In this document: in pieces, positions 29,170 to 42,533 of the stretch
Numbering within the stretch: the stretch's first letter is position 1
Layout of the letters: every line of letters begins with the position of its first letter
From: Octopus sinensis
Lineage: Eukaryota
Direction: 5' to 3'
Length of the DNA stretch: 64,000 nucleotides
NCBI RefSeq assembly: GCF_006345805.1
Contig: NC_043007.1
Span: 57,536,001-57,600,000 of the forward strand
Translations under genes and position numbers: made by a program
The notes under the pieces: generated by a model
The model's database searches: none
What the model saw: only the letters and a program-made list of their open reading frames with translations
What the model was told of the DNA's origin: nothing

Positions 29170-29489
29170 TGTGTGTGTATTACATATTGGTATATTTATG
29201 TGTGCACATACAAGTTTAAAAGATATTTAGAACACCAGCGTCAGCAGCAACAAAAACAACAACCGCAACAATAACATCAACAGAAATAGTGAAAGGGAAG
29301 GTTCCGTGTTTCATTAGAAGCAAAGTGGACCAACTTGCACCGATTCCAGTGTCTCCGGGAAACTGGGTATCATTCCTCGGTCACAGGAACCAAACTAATA
29401 TGTATGGCGGACAAGATTAAGTGACGTGACACCAAGACATCTAACTTCCTTTTTGTCTTCGATTGTTTAAGTAACTGCAATCAGAAGAT

Positions 29490-29770
29490 GGTTGTAATGG
29501 TGGTAGTGACGGTGGTGGTGGTGGTGGTGCAGGTAGTGCTGGTGGTGATAGTAACGGAGGTGGTTGTGGTGTTTATACTGGGGTCATATCAGCAGTGGTT
29601 GTGCAGCTAAGTGGTATTGATGATAGTAACGTTGGTAGTGGAATGGAGATAATGAAGTTAATGGTGGTGGTGGCGGCGGCGGCGGTGGTGGTGGTAGTGG
29701 TGGTGGTGGTGGTAGTGGTGGTGGTGGTGGCGGTGGTGACAGCGGCGGTGGTGGTAGTGATGGTGGTGGA
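29490..29770. repeat. (GGT)n-rich low-complexity tract
   Basis: Directly visible. Confidence 0.85.
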
Positions 29771-30289
29771 TAATACTGGTATTAGCTGTGTAGGAGTGAT
29801 GCTTATCGTATGTGGTGGGGTAGGATTTTGGTGTCAGTGGAGATCATGTTTGTCGTAAGTATGCTGTTGGTGATGCTGTTGGGGATGGTGTTAGTGTTAA
29901 TGGTCGATGGCGATGTTTTGGTAACTGGTGATGATGGCAGTAGGGATGTTGCTGTTGTTGTTGAGGAACAAGACATGGTGATGTGATGCTTATATGAGTT
30001 ATAAATGTTGGTGACTGTAAGGGGTGAAAAAAATTCTACTGTTAGTAGTGTTAGTATAGGTAGTATGGAAACTGCAGGAAATAGCTAACATGAATGAGGA
30101 CTTAGAGATGGAGATGCAAGGCAAGATAAAAATAAGAGAGTAATTCGAGACGAATGGTGTAAATGATTGGGAATGAGGAAGATGTAGGGTGGGAGGGGGA
30201 AAAACAGAAAAGAATGGTAAAATTAGATTCAGATTTGGGTGTTTTTTCTTTCATCTTGATCGTTCGCCTACAGGATTTTTTGCTGGCTC

Positions 30290-30790
30290 CCATATAAATC
30301 TTTCTTTAGGATTATCAAAGATCGTCTTCGCAGAATTCAAACCGGTTACCAACAAAAATCTGGTTCTGTAATTGCATGGTTCTACCAACAGTTATTTATG
30401 ACAATGAGACATGGAAGAGCACGGTAAAAATAAATAGAAAGTTAGATTTGTTCATCAACGATACTCGAGAAGGATTTTAAGAACGTACTGGCAAGATCAC
30501 GTAATCAATAGAGACATTTCTAACGAAAGCCAATACAAAACTACTTCCTAAAATATTCTCAAAACAAAGACTAAACTAACAGGTCATATACTCCACCTAC
30601 CAGAACAACACCATTCTAAGACAATTTTCAAACGCAGAATATTCATAACCGACATGAGAGAGGCCAATATCACTTGGCTGGTTGCAGAGAAAATTGTAGT
30701 CAACAAAAACTAATGGCCTCAGCGTATTGCCCAATGTGCTCGAAAGCATCTGATAGTGATGCTGGTACCAACAAAGTGACAAAACATTTA
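30290..30790 (+). pseudogene. Decayed RTE-clade LINE, C-terminal ORF fragment
   Basis: Broken frames MVLPTVIYDNETWK...RKLD, HQRYSRRILRTYWQDHV and LTGHILHLPEQ resemble the RTE C-terminal LxYGxETW, RRILxIxWxD and GHxxR motifs. Confidence 0.65.
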
Positions 30791-31190
30791 GTGTTTGAGT
30801 CAATGCATATCATCAGATTTGTGACGATGTGAGTTAGTGTGTGTGTATATGATGTAGATTGACGTAGCGTGATAGAATGGTTCAGAAGTTCGCTTCTCAA
30901 AACTCAGTTGCTGCCATGGGGCATTTTGGCTCAGTATATTTTAACCATAGCTTCGAGTCAATACAATCCTATTGAATGAAATTGGGGGTAAGGAAACAGT
31001 GCAGAATCCTGTCGGATGGAGACATTTTTCTTTAAATATAGATATATGTGTATATATACTTGGACTAATACACTTACGTATGTGCATATATGCATAAATG
31101 TAGGTATATGTATGTATATGTGCATGTATTTTTGTATGAGTGTATGTATGTGAATGTATATGTATATACCCAAACGGGGTAAATACATGC

Positions 31191-31782
<592 letters not shown>

Positions 31783-31807
31783 AGCCCTTTTGGTCAATAA
31801 AGAAAGA

Positions 31808-31879
<72 letters not shown>

Positions 31880-32425
31880 GAGTGAGAGAGCAGTTCATGC
31901 CATCAAAGTGACACTGGGGTAAAATATACGAAACCCAATATACCCATCATGACTACCCGTCTGATAAGGGTACACCAGGCACATGCATCACAACCATATG
32001 TGCGCGACATGGTGATCTCATATCAAGATAAACAGCGCATGACCTTGCAGGTGGGGCCCAGTTAAAATTTTCTTCAGGTTGAGTAGCCCATCCCGCTCAA
32101 AAGGTCTCTGAATAAGGGTTGTTTAAGGATATTGAAAGAACCACCCATGTTTCCAGAGGTGAATTATTCAAACCCCAAAGAATCCCTCTCAACACATAGC
32201 TATGATGCTCCTCCACTACTTCTGCTCGTGATCAGAGATGCACATATCGTCAGCCACTAAGGGACATGCTCAACTGGTTAAGGTCAAACAACTGACAAGC
32301 AAATATGTAGTATTGAGCAGAATATTTGCTGTAGCCCATCTTTTATACCAAGACAAAACAATGTACTTCCAATCAGTTAAGATCAGAAGCCATGAGAGCC
32401 ACTGTCTGGTACTACATCAGGGCAT
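31880..32425 (-). mobile_element. ~550-bp (TTA)n-flanked unit, copy C
   Basis: Colinear with copy B. Separated from the LINE 3' end at 32449 by a short TTA run. Confidence 0.85.
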
Positions 32426-32448
32426 TTATTATTATTATTATAATTATT

Positions 32449-34310
32449 CAGTAGTTTTATTTTTATAGCGTGCTTTCACTTCACTACCGAGCGCAGCTCT
32501 GTGTGCCTTGGGTATGTGCTGTGATTTGTTGTGATGCTCTGATGGTTATTGTATGGAAAGTGTTCTGCGTAGGATGTGTGCAGTGCCTAGTAGTGCAATT
32601 TTCTGTATGTTATATGTGTTTGTAAGTCCTGGTGTTTTTGTTATGTATTTGTCTGAATATTTTTTATCATGCCTAATGCACCTACTATGATAGGAATTGT
32701 TTCTGTTTTTAGATTCCACATTCTAGTTACCTCTATTTCCAGGTCTTTGTATTTTGAGAGTTTCTCCATTTCTTTTAGAGACACGTTGTCATCTGCCGGT
32801 ATTGATACATCAATTAGAAAGCATTTTTTTCTTCATGATCTCTGACAACTATATCTGGTCTGTTGGCCTTAATTTCTCTATCTGTGTGTATCGGCATATC
32901 CCAGAGTATGGTTGCTTTCTCGTTTTCTGTGACCTTTTCTGGTGTGTGCCTATACCATCTTTTTTCTTTGTTATTCCATAATGTTGGCATAGCTTCCAAT
33001 GTATGTAGGTTCCAACTCTGTCATGTCTGTGAATATATTCCTTCTTAGCCAGGACTGGGCAGCTAGAGATAATATGATTTATTGTTTCTTCTCCATCTCC
33101 ACATATTCTGCAGTTACTTGTAATATTTCTTTTCATTACATGTTTTTGGTAATTTCTGGTGGGGAGGCTTTGGTCTTGTGCTGCAATTAAAAATCCCTCT
33201 GCCTCTGCTTTGAGTCCTGAGCTTCTCAACCATTGCTGGGATTTTTCTTTGTCTATTTCTTTTGCGTTTAGTTTAGTCCAGTATTTACCATGAAGGGGCT
33301 TATCTTGCCATCGTTCTATTTTTAGTTTGGATTTCATTTGTTTTATAGCTTTTGTTGTTTCTTCATCTTCATCTTCTTCTTCTTAATATTTATTAGGTGG
33401 TATGATTTCTTGTTTTGTATTTGTCAGCTTCCTTAAATACTGAGAACAGTTTTTTGTTTTGCTCGTGTTTTGCCGCTATTTGTATCAGTTTTCCTTCCTT
33501 CTGAAGTAGATATTTTTGCAGTCCTATGGTGGTTATTTTATAGTAGTTTTCAAGCTGTATAAAGCCTCTACCACCTTCTATACGTTGTATATATAGTCTT
33601 TCTATGTCAGATTTTGGGTGATGCATCCTAGATCCTGTCATTATTTTCTTGTTTTCCTATCTATTTTGGTCAGTTCATTTCGTGTCCAGTTAAGGATATT
33701 GTAGCTGTAACTTATAACTGGGACAGCTAAAGTGTTAGTACCTATTATCTTGTTTTTAGCATTGAGCTCTGTTTTTAGTATTGATCTAACTCGTCTATAA
33801 TATTCTTTTTATTTTCTCTTTCATTTGTGTGTGTTGTGTCTTATCTAGTTCATGGATTCCTAAGTATTTGTAAGTTGGGCTTTGGTCTAATTCTTTTATT
33901 TCATTGGTTTTATCTAGTGTGATGTTGCTACTCTTAACTAGTTTTCCTCTTTTCATGGTTACTTTGGCGCATTTTTCTAATCCAAATTTCATATCTATTT
34001 CTTTGGTAAATCCATGAACTGTCTTTAATAGTGTTTCCAGCTGTTTGTCATTTGCAGCGTATAGTTTTAGGTCATCCATATATAAAAGGTGGCTGATCGT
34101 TTTGCCGTAACATTTATATCCGCATCCAGTTCTATTTAGTATATCAGATAGAGGTGACAGTGTCAAGCAGAAAAGGAGTGGAGAGAGCGTTTCTCCCTAG
34201 AATATTCCTCTTCTAATGGGGATGTCTTTTGTTTGGAGGTGTAGGACTGTTTGCCATTTATTCATAGAGTGCTCTATGAATTTTATGATTGTTGGTGCTA
34301 CTTTGTTAAT
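32449..34310 (-). mobile_element. 5'-truncated R4/Dong-clade LINE, second copy, frameshifted
   Basis: HLLYMDDLKLYA, CRICGDGEETINHIISSC, RHDRVG and ILWDMPIHTDREIKANRPDIVV. Closely similar to 23161-25150. Confidence 0.92.
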
Positions 34311-34384
34311 TTACACACGCAAATTCACAGGTAAAATATGTATTTAAAAAATTAATAAATAAATTAATTCATGAATGGATGTTG

Positions 34385-34775
34385 TTTTCACAGCGATAAT
34401 GCTCTTCTCAGTACATGAGCCGTTCCAGTTAACACGATTTTTGCACTTCCTGTAGGGATGGTAAGCCTGGTATCATTTTCAAATAGGTTTCGGTACCTTT
34501 TTTAATCATTCCTAGAGCTCCTACAATCACTGGTACTGTATTCGCCTTGGGATGCCACATTTTTTCAATTTCTATTAGCAAGTCTTTATATTTACTGATC
34601 TTGTCAAATTCTTTCGCCGCTATATTGTGATCGCAAGGAATACTCATGTCAGTTAATAAACACGCCTTTTTTGTCTGATCTTTTATCCAGTTTATTAGCT
34701 TTTATAGTTTTGTCGGCATGTACGGGGAAGTCCCATAGAATCGACACACATTTTATCCCTCAGTCATAGCTTCAG
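34385..34775 (-). pseudogene. R4/Dong-type RLE C-terminal fragment (different subfamily)
   Basis: DMSIPCDHNIAAKEFDKISKYKDLLIEIEKMW...VPVIVGALG...GTAHVLRRALS. Confidence 0.85.
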
Positions 34776-34809
34776 GATGGTGTTTTATTATTATTATTAT
34801 TATTATATT

Positions 34810-34846
<37 letters not shown>

Positions 34847-34852
34847 TATTTA

Positions 34853-34920
<68 letters not shown>

Positions 34921-34936
34921 TATTATCATTACCATT

Positions 34937-34985
<49 letters not shown>

Positions 34986-34991
34986 CATTAC

Positions 34992-35036
<45 letters not shown>

Positions 35037-35044
35037 CTTCTTTT

Positions 35045-35850
35045 AATTTTGTTTCCATTTCTTGCCGAGTGTCTTTCGAACAACTAGGGCAAAGAAGTTC
35101 ACTGTATACATTGGTAGGCCATCAAAATAAACACACCAGATTGTTCATTTACAGAGCCATGTGTAAGAATAGAAGGGGAGGAAAGACAGATAGAAAAAGG
35201 AAATAAGGAAAAAAGCTAAAATGAAAAAGAAAACACAGAAAATATATGGCAAAAAGGAAAGAAAATTCACAGTGACAATGCTCTTCTCAATACGCGTGAC
35301 CTACCAGTTGAGGCAATCTTTTGCACTTCCTGCATGGGATCATCCTCAAATAAATTTCAGTTCCTCATTCCAAGTGCTCCTATAATCACTGGTATTGTAA
35401 CCGTCTTGAGATACCACATTTTTTCGATTTCTATGAGCACATCTTATTTTCTGAGCTTATCAAATTCTTTTGCCGAGGTATGATCACAAGGTATGCTCAT
35501 GTCAATCAATAAATAGATTTTATTGTTTTAGCCTTTCACAACAATATCTGGTTTATTAGCTTTGATGCTTCGGTCTGTGTGTACTGTTAAGTCCCAAAGA
35601 TCATTACATTTCCCCCTCAGTTATAGCCTCAGGGTGGCGTTTGTACCATTTGTCATCCGTTTTGATTTTATAATGCCGATGCATTATCCAGTGTAGATAT
35701 TAGCCAACTCTGTCATGTCTTGATTTGTACTCTACCGGTGCTACAACTGTACACCCAGAGATTAGGTGGTCCACTGTTTCGATCTTATCGTTGCAGTATC
35801 GGCACTTTGGGTCTACTCCATTTTTCATGACATTGGCTTCGTACTTCCGG
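35045..35850 (-). pseudogene. R4/Dong-type CCHC+RLE fragment with 3' UTR
   Basis: CRYCNDKIETVDHLISGC...RHDRVG...HTDRSIKANKPDIVV...IEIEKMW...IPVIIGALG. The 3' side ends at (TTA)n. Confidence 0.85.
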
Positions 35851-35903
35851 GTCAGTAAGCTCTGATCTTGAGCAGCCAAGATAACACCTTGGCTCTTTGA
35901 TGA

Positions 35904-36335
35904 GCAGTAACAACAATAGTAGCAGAAACACTAACAGCATCTGTTAGTCGGCCGGGAATGGAAGGTGGAGTGGCAATGCTGTTTAGAAAAGAACTGGATC
36001 TCGAGGTAAAGTCGATCTTCCGGGACCCGAACGGAAAGTTGGTGGTTCTGAACGTCAGCAACAGTGAAGGTGGTCGTCTACGATCCTACCGTAGCCAATC
36101 AGACAGCTTTCTTTAGGCGTCTGGAAGACTTTCTATGTACGTCTCGCCCTTTACTGTTAGTAGGGGACTGGAACGGAATCTTGGATCAATTCTGGGATTG
36201 TGTAGGAGTAGCTGATAGAAGAGAGGGGTGCAAAAGCTTCAAGCACCTGAACAGCCAGTCCCAACTGTTTGACAGGTACTGACGACATTTCCCTAATGAG
36301 CCAGTGTAGACCTGGACCAACCGCTTAGGGTCATC
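35904..36335 (+). pseudogene. L1/Tx1-type APE endonuclease fragment
   Basis: IVAET...GGVAMLFRK...DPNGKLVVL, frameshift, then VYDPT...FFRRL...LLVGDWNGILD...TWTN (GDxN and xTW motifs of APE). Confidence 0.75.
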
Positions 36336-36729
36336 TAATTCTTTCAAATTTAATTTGGAAAGGAAGATGAGGGTGGAAGAGAGAAGTGCTGCCTCCCAGT
36401 ACATTTTCTAAAAGGTGGATGAACGAAGCAAAAATGGTACGTGTAAGTGAATCTACTCTTATAATGCGCCTGTAGGCTAGTGTATTTGAGAAGGTTGTTC
36501 TTCCCAGAAACCCTCGAAGCGTCGAGTGATTCAGGATTGGTGGGGTACCTGAGCCAACTCCAGGTGGTTACCTTCCACCCCTATTGGGGAACTTTCATTA
36601 TTATATTCTTTTGTTACACGATTGTGTAATCGTTGTTTCTGTGTAAAATCCCCACTGCCCATGTCTAATGTATCGTCCCTATATGTCGGCCCTAGTGAAA
36701 TAATAATGATGACGATGATGATGATGATG

Positions 36730-36802
<73 letters not shown>

Positions 36803-36821
36803 TGATGATGATAATAATAAT

Positions 36822-37065
36822 AGTATCTTTAGTATCCTAGTTGTCTTTAATAACTTTGTTCTCTGGAGCTGTGCTAAACTGGGTTTTATGCCCATTTCCT
36901 CTATCCATCTGTAGAGATATTTAGGGATAGTTCCCAATGCACCTATACTTACTGGGATACATTTTACCCCCATTTTCCATAGCCTCTGTAATTCAATGGC
37001 CAGGTCCTGGTACTTTGCTATTCTTTCTATACCTCTCATATTAATTTTTTCATCATTTGGGACCT
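36822..37065 (-). pseudogene. RLE-LINE C-terminal fragment (third subfamily)
   Basis: KYQDLAIELQRLWK...CIPVSIGALGTIPK...LQRTKLLKTTRIL, ending at the (AAT)/(GAT) tract. Confidence 0.8.
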
Positions 37066-37260
37066 CTTTAGCTTTTGAGTTTCTGTGTATATTTATCCCT
37101 TCCCCGAAAGATGAACAATTACCTCCCCTTTCCCCAATAATAACGATCACCAATTACCTCCCCTTAGATTTTTCTACTTGTTTAATCATTAATTCATGAA
37201 CTCCGCACATAAAATGAACTAAAATCTTCTTAAGTAAATACGAAATTATAATAATTTCAA

Positions 37261-37293
37261 TGTCATGATTAGCGAAAGCGAAACCGGTCGACA
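37261..37293 (+). ncRNA. Minimal type I hammerhead ribozyme motif, A3-U8 core variant
   Basis: tgtc-ATGATTA-GC-gaaa-GC-GAA-ACCGGT-C-gaca. Stem I tgtc/gaca, 2-bp stem II with GAAA tetraloop, palindromic stem III, GUC cleavage triplet. Confidence 0.75.
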
Positions 37294-37378
37294 AACACTA
37301 TATAAAATATATTGAAAAATATATCAAAACTATATAACGTGGGTGCATTTTTATTTTATTTTATTTATATATATACAT

Positions 37379-37428
<50 letters not shown>

Positions 37429-37621
37429 GAGTCCCCTTGATAGATAGTTAGCCACTACACACATTTTTTCTCTCCTTATTTTTTTCTGTGTCCCTTTCTG
37501 TAGAAGAGCGTAGGTTCGAAACGTAAAATACTTTTTTCTATTCCTGAGCGTTATACTAATACATCTGTTTGTTTTATAACCACCTGTCTTCGTCTTTTGT
37601 TTTTTTCGTAAACTCTCCCTA
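37429..37621 (+). mobile_element. ~200-bp element in (TA)n with hammerhead-like motif (copy 2)
   Basis: ctttCTGTAGAAGAGCgtagGTTCGAAACGTAaaa at 37494-37529; homolog of 28630-28826. Confidence 0.75.
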
Positions 37622-37622
37622 T

Positions 37623-37659
<37 letters not shown>

Positions 37660-37690
37660 CGTATACACATATATATATATACGATATATA

Positions 37691-37751
<61 letters not shown>

Positions 37752-37858
37752 GTATATACATATATATATATACGTATAATATATGTGTGTATATATATAT
37801 ATATATTTATTATATATAATATATATATATATTAGATATATATATATATATACATATA

Positions 37859-37898
<40 letters not shown>

Positions 37899-37915
37899 TA
37901 TATATATATATATAA

Positions 37916-37949
<34 letters not shown>

Positions 37950-37984
37950 TACATATATATATACGTTATATGTATGTGTGTATC

Positions 37985-38182
37985 TCTGTTTGATACAACC
38001 GCTCGATACCTGTGTTGTTTGTTTATATTTTCGTAACGATGCGGTTTTGCAAAAAGAGACCAATAAAATAAGTATCAGACATTAAAAAAGTACTGGGATT
38101 GATTCATTCAACTAAAAATTCTTCAAGATGCTGCCGCTGCCCGGCCGTAGTCTAATGACTGAAATAGATAAGAGATAAAGAT
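37985..38182 (+). mobile_element. SINE family B, 3' half
   Basis: gtaacgatgcggttttgcaaaaagagacc...gattcattcaactaaaaattcttcaag...gtctaatgactgaaa. Confidence 0.7.
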
Positions 38183-38204
38183 ATATAATAATGATAAATG
38201 CGTC

Positions 38205-38445
38205 CTTTTATAGCCTAGCCAGGTTCATGGGCCCGGTTTCCCGGTTTCTATGGCGTATGTGTACCCTAGCTGGACGGGACGCCAGTCCATCGCAGCGTAA
38301 CTCATTTTTACTAGCAGTGGACTGGAGCAACGTGAAATGAAGTGTTTTGCTCAAGAACACAGCGCGTCGCCCGGTCCCGGAATCGAAACCACAATCTTAC
38401 GATCATGATGCTGATACCCTAACCACTAAACCTCGCGCCTCCACA
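38205..38445 (-). mobile_element. tRNA-derived SINE family C
   Basis: Minus strand has A-box-like ggtttagtggttagg and B-box ggtttcgattcc, followed by gtgttcttgagcaaaacacttc (V-domain-like; unverified). Confidence 0.75.
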
Positions 38446-38503
38446 CACACAACACACCACACACACACATACACACACACGCACACACACACACACACAA
38501 TAC

Positions 38504-38562
<59 letters not shown>

Positions 38563-39104
38563 TACACACATACATACCTACTCGCACTCACACACACTCG
38601 TCTATAGATATAATCATGCAGTAGCTTTGGCGTTCCCCTCTTCACTGTTATCACTCATCGTCCCTGTTCAACTGTTTTCTTATTCTGTTCATATTTATGT
38701 CTTCAAAGAATTTTACATGCTTTCTTCCATTACTTTCCCGCTTTCTTTCACTCGTTCTACCCTCCGCTGTTTCTCTATCATTTTATGTTCAAGACTCTTT
38801 TCTTCTTTTCTTCTTACTTGCCTTCTCTCTCTCACTAGCTCCTAGACCCTTTCCCTCTCATTTTCTCTCGGTCTCACTCACTTTCGACATATATATATAT
38901 ATATATATATATATACTACAAAATTAGAGAATGGAGAAATATACTTAAATCAGTAAAACATCAACTATCCGATGATACTCAATCCATACTTAATACACCA
39001 TTACATATGAGTAAAGGCAATACATAAAATGAAATGAGATATACAGTAATAGTAAAAAGATAAAGAGATATAAGTAAAAATTTTCAAATATAATTGCAAA
39101 TAAA

Positions 39105-39222
39105 TCAAAACTGACAGCTGTTTCGGCAGTGAGGACAGTCATACCTCATTTAACCTATAAGCCATAAGGCAGGTATAAATGAGGCATTAACAAGGATGCC
39201 CCACGGCCTCTTCAGAGAATTA
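39105..39222 (-). ncRNA. Hammerhead ribozyme motif (type I, long stem II), left arm
   Basis: Minus strand CTGAAGA (39215-39209), ~85-nt stem II, then GAA-ACAGCTGT-C. Predicted cut 3' of 39113. Confidence 0.8.
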
Positions 39223-39569
39223 AATTAAATTTGTTATAATAAAGTGAAAAATATTATACAATCATATACATATAAATATAAAAATAAAAAAATGTAAAAT
39301 ATAAAAACTTATACATCATAAAGCTACACTTATATAATATAATACACATTTGTACAAAAAAGGAAGGTAAACAGAACAAAATAAAAAAAATATATAATAG
39401 TGTATATATTAATATCAATAAGTACCGATATTATACATATTTGGCTAATAGTTTTTTTTAAATATATATAAAAAAAAAAAAAAAGGCTAACATATATGGA
39501 GATGAAAAATAATTAAATCCGTGGTACAGTTCATAAGATTCTAAGCTATAAAAGTTAATAAAAATTACT

Positions 39570-39621
<52 letters not shown>

Positions 39622-41312
39622 TATAATAAAAAATAGATACAGTTAAGTTAGCACCAAGTCCATCCTTACAAGATCGAAATAACTATGAGTTAAGAATGCT
39701 GACCACTAGGTAAAGAAAGTATAGATTAATTCGATTGGCTATTGGTTTGAAATTTAAATCACAAAAGAAAATTATACGGTTGGTTAGTCAGGGAACGCCA
39801 ATATTCACACACGCATCTACAGATCAATCGCACATACACACATAGTAATATGTATATGCATACACTTATACACATACATAATTACAAGCAACAACTAGCA
39901 CATAGATAAACAAAGGGAAGCAACTATGCTACAATTTAGTCCTTCAAAATTATAATTGTGCCTCAATAATAAAAGAAGAACCATTCATGCATTCCATAAA
40001 ATATTTAATTTAGATATAAATATATTTTTAAATATCAATTGTTACTAAGTCAGATACTTATTTCATGGGTAACTTAAAATTTAAACACCGGTTTGTTGCA
40101 GAGTAAACATACGGTTGTTAGATTTATCGTAAGTTTGTTATGGTTTTAAGTACGCTAAATTATAAATATAAAATATAAAAATATATTAATTTAAATATTA
40201 TAAATAAGTCACTTATTAACTTAATAAATATAGTGCCATAATAACCATTTAAGGCATTAAAGAATAGAGGGGAAGTATTAATGTAAACGCTTATGAGAGC
40301 ATCACAAAAATTTTTTAAATAAATTTTATATTATAAAGACTTAAGATGAAAAGAGATAATAAATAAGAAGGAATAAATACGGTTATACACATAATAATTA
40401 CAAACCGTATATATGTATTCATATATTATTAAAATTAAATAAAAATAAATGATAGATATGTATGTATAAATAAAACTACCCCAGTATAAGTAAATAAGTA
40501 AAAAATAAATAGGTAGCAAATTAGATGACTTGATATGTATGTAAACATCTACACTTAAATAGGCAATAAATAAATAAATAGAAGACTAGATGCAAAAATT
40601 GATAATATTACAATAAAATGGAAATAATAAAAATAATAAATAGAGTGAATATATATGTTATATTGTTGAAAGTAAATATGTATGGAAGGATAGTTTAAAG
40701 TACAGATCCAGAAGACTATAGATATAAACTAAATATATGAGGCTGGTAATAATTATAAAGCATAATGCATGTAAATGAGAAAATGAAAAAAATGAAAAAG
40801 GTTTATCAGTGAATAGCATAAGATACAAATTAAGGTGAGTACAAAAAGACCAAATATACAATAAAAACCTTCCAAATAAACACATACAAAAAACCTATAA
40901 TCTCAACCTAAACCCACCAAACTCACAAAAGGCTCTCATATATTACATATTATACAATATCATTACATTATCCAGAGCTAGGTATCTACCCAAGATATAT
41001 ATATATACTATGCAATATACTATGCAATATTGGAAAACTTCAAAAATCACACATTACAAGGCAAGTACCAAAATGAATATGTTATTTTATGTCATATTGC
41101 ATTTCTCTTAAAAAAAACAAACAAAAACCCACATACAAAAAACAAGAAACCAATAATACTAGACACATCCATTAATTATTATACAAATGTAGCTATAAAA
41201 ATTATAAAATTATAAAATATATAAATTGTATACTTTAGAATTATAGAAGACCACAGGTATATTTAGTTAAAGAAGGGAGTTAAAAAATTAATAATAGTGG
41301 AAGTGCTAAGTT

Positions 41313-42533
41313 CTATTTGAATCTAGAAAAGGTGAACGGTAGCCTATGAATACAAAAGAAGTTTTTTTCATTAATGTTGTTAATAATTTGCCGACCCGCT
41401 TTAATAATGAAGAAAATTTCATTAATACATAGAGAGCATTTTTTATTTTTTCCATTATACACAGGTGCTGAAGTTAGTATTTTCCAGTTTAATCTAAAAT
41501 CTAAGTTCTTATTTTTAAGCTCCCAAATGTATGCACTTAGCCCTGTAGAGTACATTCTATTTTTATTCCTAAAAGTATATCTGTGATAATTCCATCTTTG
41601 TTTTATGCTATTCATAGTTGCCCCGATATACACCCTACTACTCAATTGTGTATCTACAGTGCATTGGTAAACTACCTCCTTCCGGAGGCATTGATTACCA
41701 AATACACATTTATTTTTATTTCTGAAATTACAAAGATTAACAGAATGAGGAAATCTAAAATTGGACAACACCCCTATACTACTATTCACATTATAAGTGT
41801 TACAATTGTTATCATCATCCAAACCCAAAATCAACGAATGAGTTAATTTCACATTATCGGCTATATTCCTATCACTAGTACTAGTATTGGTATTAGTAGT
41901 ATGATCTATTTCATTTATATTATCTCTGACAGGTATGGTGCACTCATTATTAGTAAGGAGGTTGTTCCCATTTGTTCCAAGAAAGTTTCTATTCCTATTA
42001 TTAATGAAGAGGGGCAAGTTTACCTGGTCTAAATTCAATTTTCTATCCTTATAGAAGTGATCCAGTTTCTTGTTATTAAAAGAGGAGATAATGGTGGCTA
42101 GATTATGAGTAATGCTATATCCCACTCTAACAGTACCGTTGTTAATTAAAGGACTAAATTTATTCTTATCCTTACCAAAATGCCTAAAAATAACATTATG
42201 CAAAGCTCTCACTATGTTTGTTTTAATCTGCATTGCATATGGGATAATCAACCAAAGAGTATCCTTATCAGAATTAGGATTGCCTATAGAATTAATGTTA
42301 TTTGTAAAAATCCTATTCGTAGACCAACTCATAGGATTACTATTCTTACCATTGTCATTGTTATATTTATCTATATCAATATTACCATGGTTATTGCGCA
42401 AGTAAACTTTACCATTATCATGTCTACCATAAGTTTTAATTCGTATATTATTATTAATATTCCTACTATAACCCGTATGTTTAGATCTATTTGAGCTACC
42501 GTTCACCTTTCCAAGGTTAACATCACTTCTACA
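41313..42533 (-). CDS. PLE ORF C-terminal part: Asn-rich linker plus GIY-YIG endonuclease
   Basis: CNFRNKNKCVFGNQCL...VVYQC...VYIGAT...KQRWNYH...STGLSAYIWELK...CSLCINE...CIH is a Naiad-type GIY-YIG with Cys/His motifs. The frame is open from ~42533 and out of frame with the RT by one base. Confidence 0.88.
   Translation of the reverse strand, partial: CRSDVNLGKVNGSSNRSKHTGYSRNINNNIRIKTYGRHDNGKVYLRNNHGNIDIDKYNNDNGKNSNPMSWSTNRIFTNNINSIGNPNSDKDTLWLIIPYAMQIKTNIVRALHNVIFRHFGKDKNKFSPLINNGTVRVGYSITHNLATIISSFNNKKLDHFYKDRKLNLDQVNLPLFINNRNRNFLGTNGNNLLTNNECTIPVRDNINEIDHTTNTNTSTSDRNIADNVKLTHSLILGLDDDNNCNTYNVNSSIGVLSNFRFPHSVNLCNFRNKNKCVFGNQCLRKEVVYQCTVDTQLSSRVYIGATMNSIKQRWNYHRYTFRNKNRMYSTGLSAYIWELKNKNLDFRLNWKILTSAPVYNGKNKKCSLCINEIFFIIKAGRQIINNINEKNFFCIHRLPFTFSRFK

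Noticed and set aside
38370-38445. tRNA gene
   Set aside because: A and B boxes are present but there is no complete cloverleaf, and it continues into a SINE body.
40658-40885. Hydrophobic 75-aa ORF duplicated at 44966-45169
   Set aside because: T-rich 3' UTR sequence, duplicated only because it lies in the inverted arms.
42503-42505. TGA as a selenocysteine codon of a Naiad selenoprotein
   Set aside because: Not at a conserved Cys, and in-frame read-through does not reach the GIY-YIG domain.
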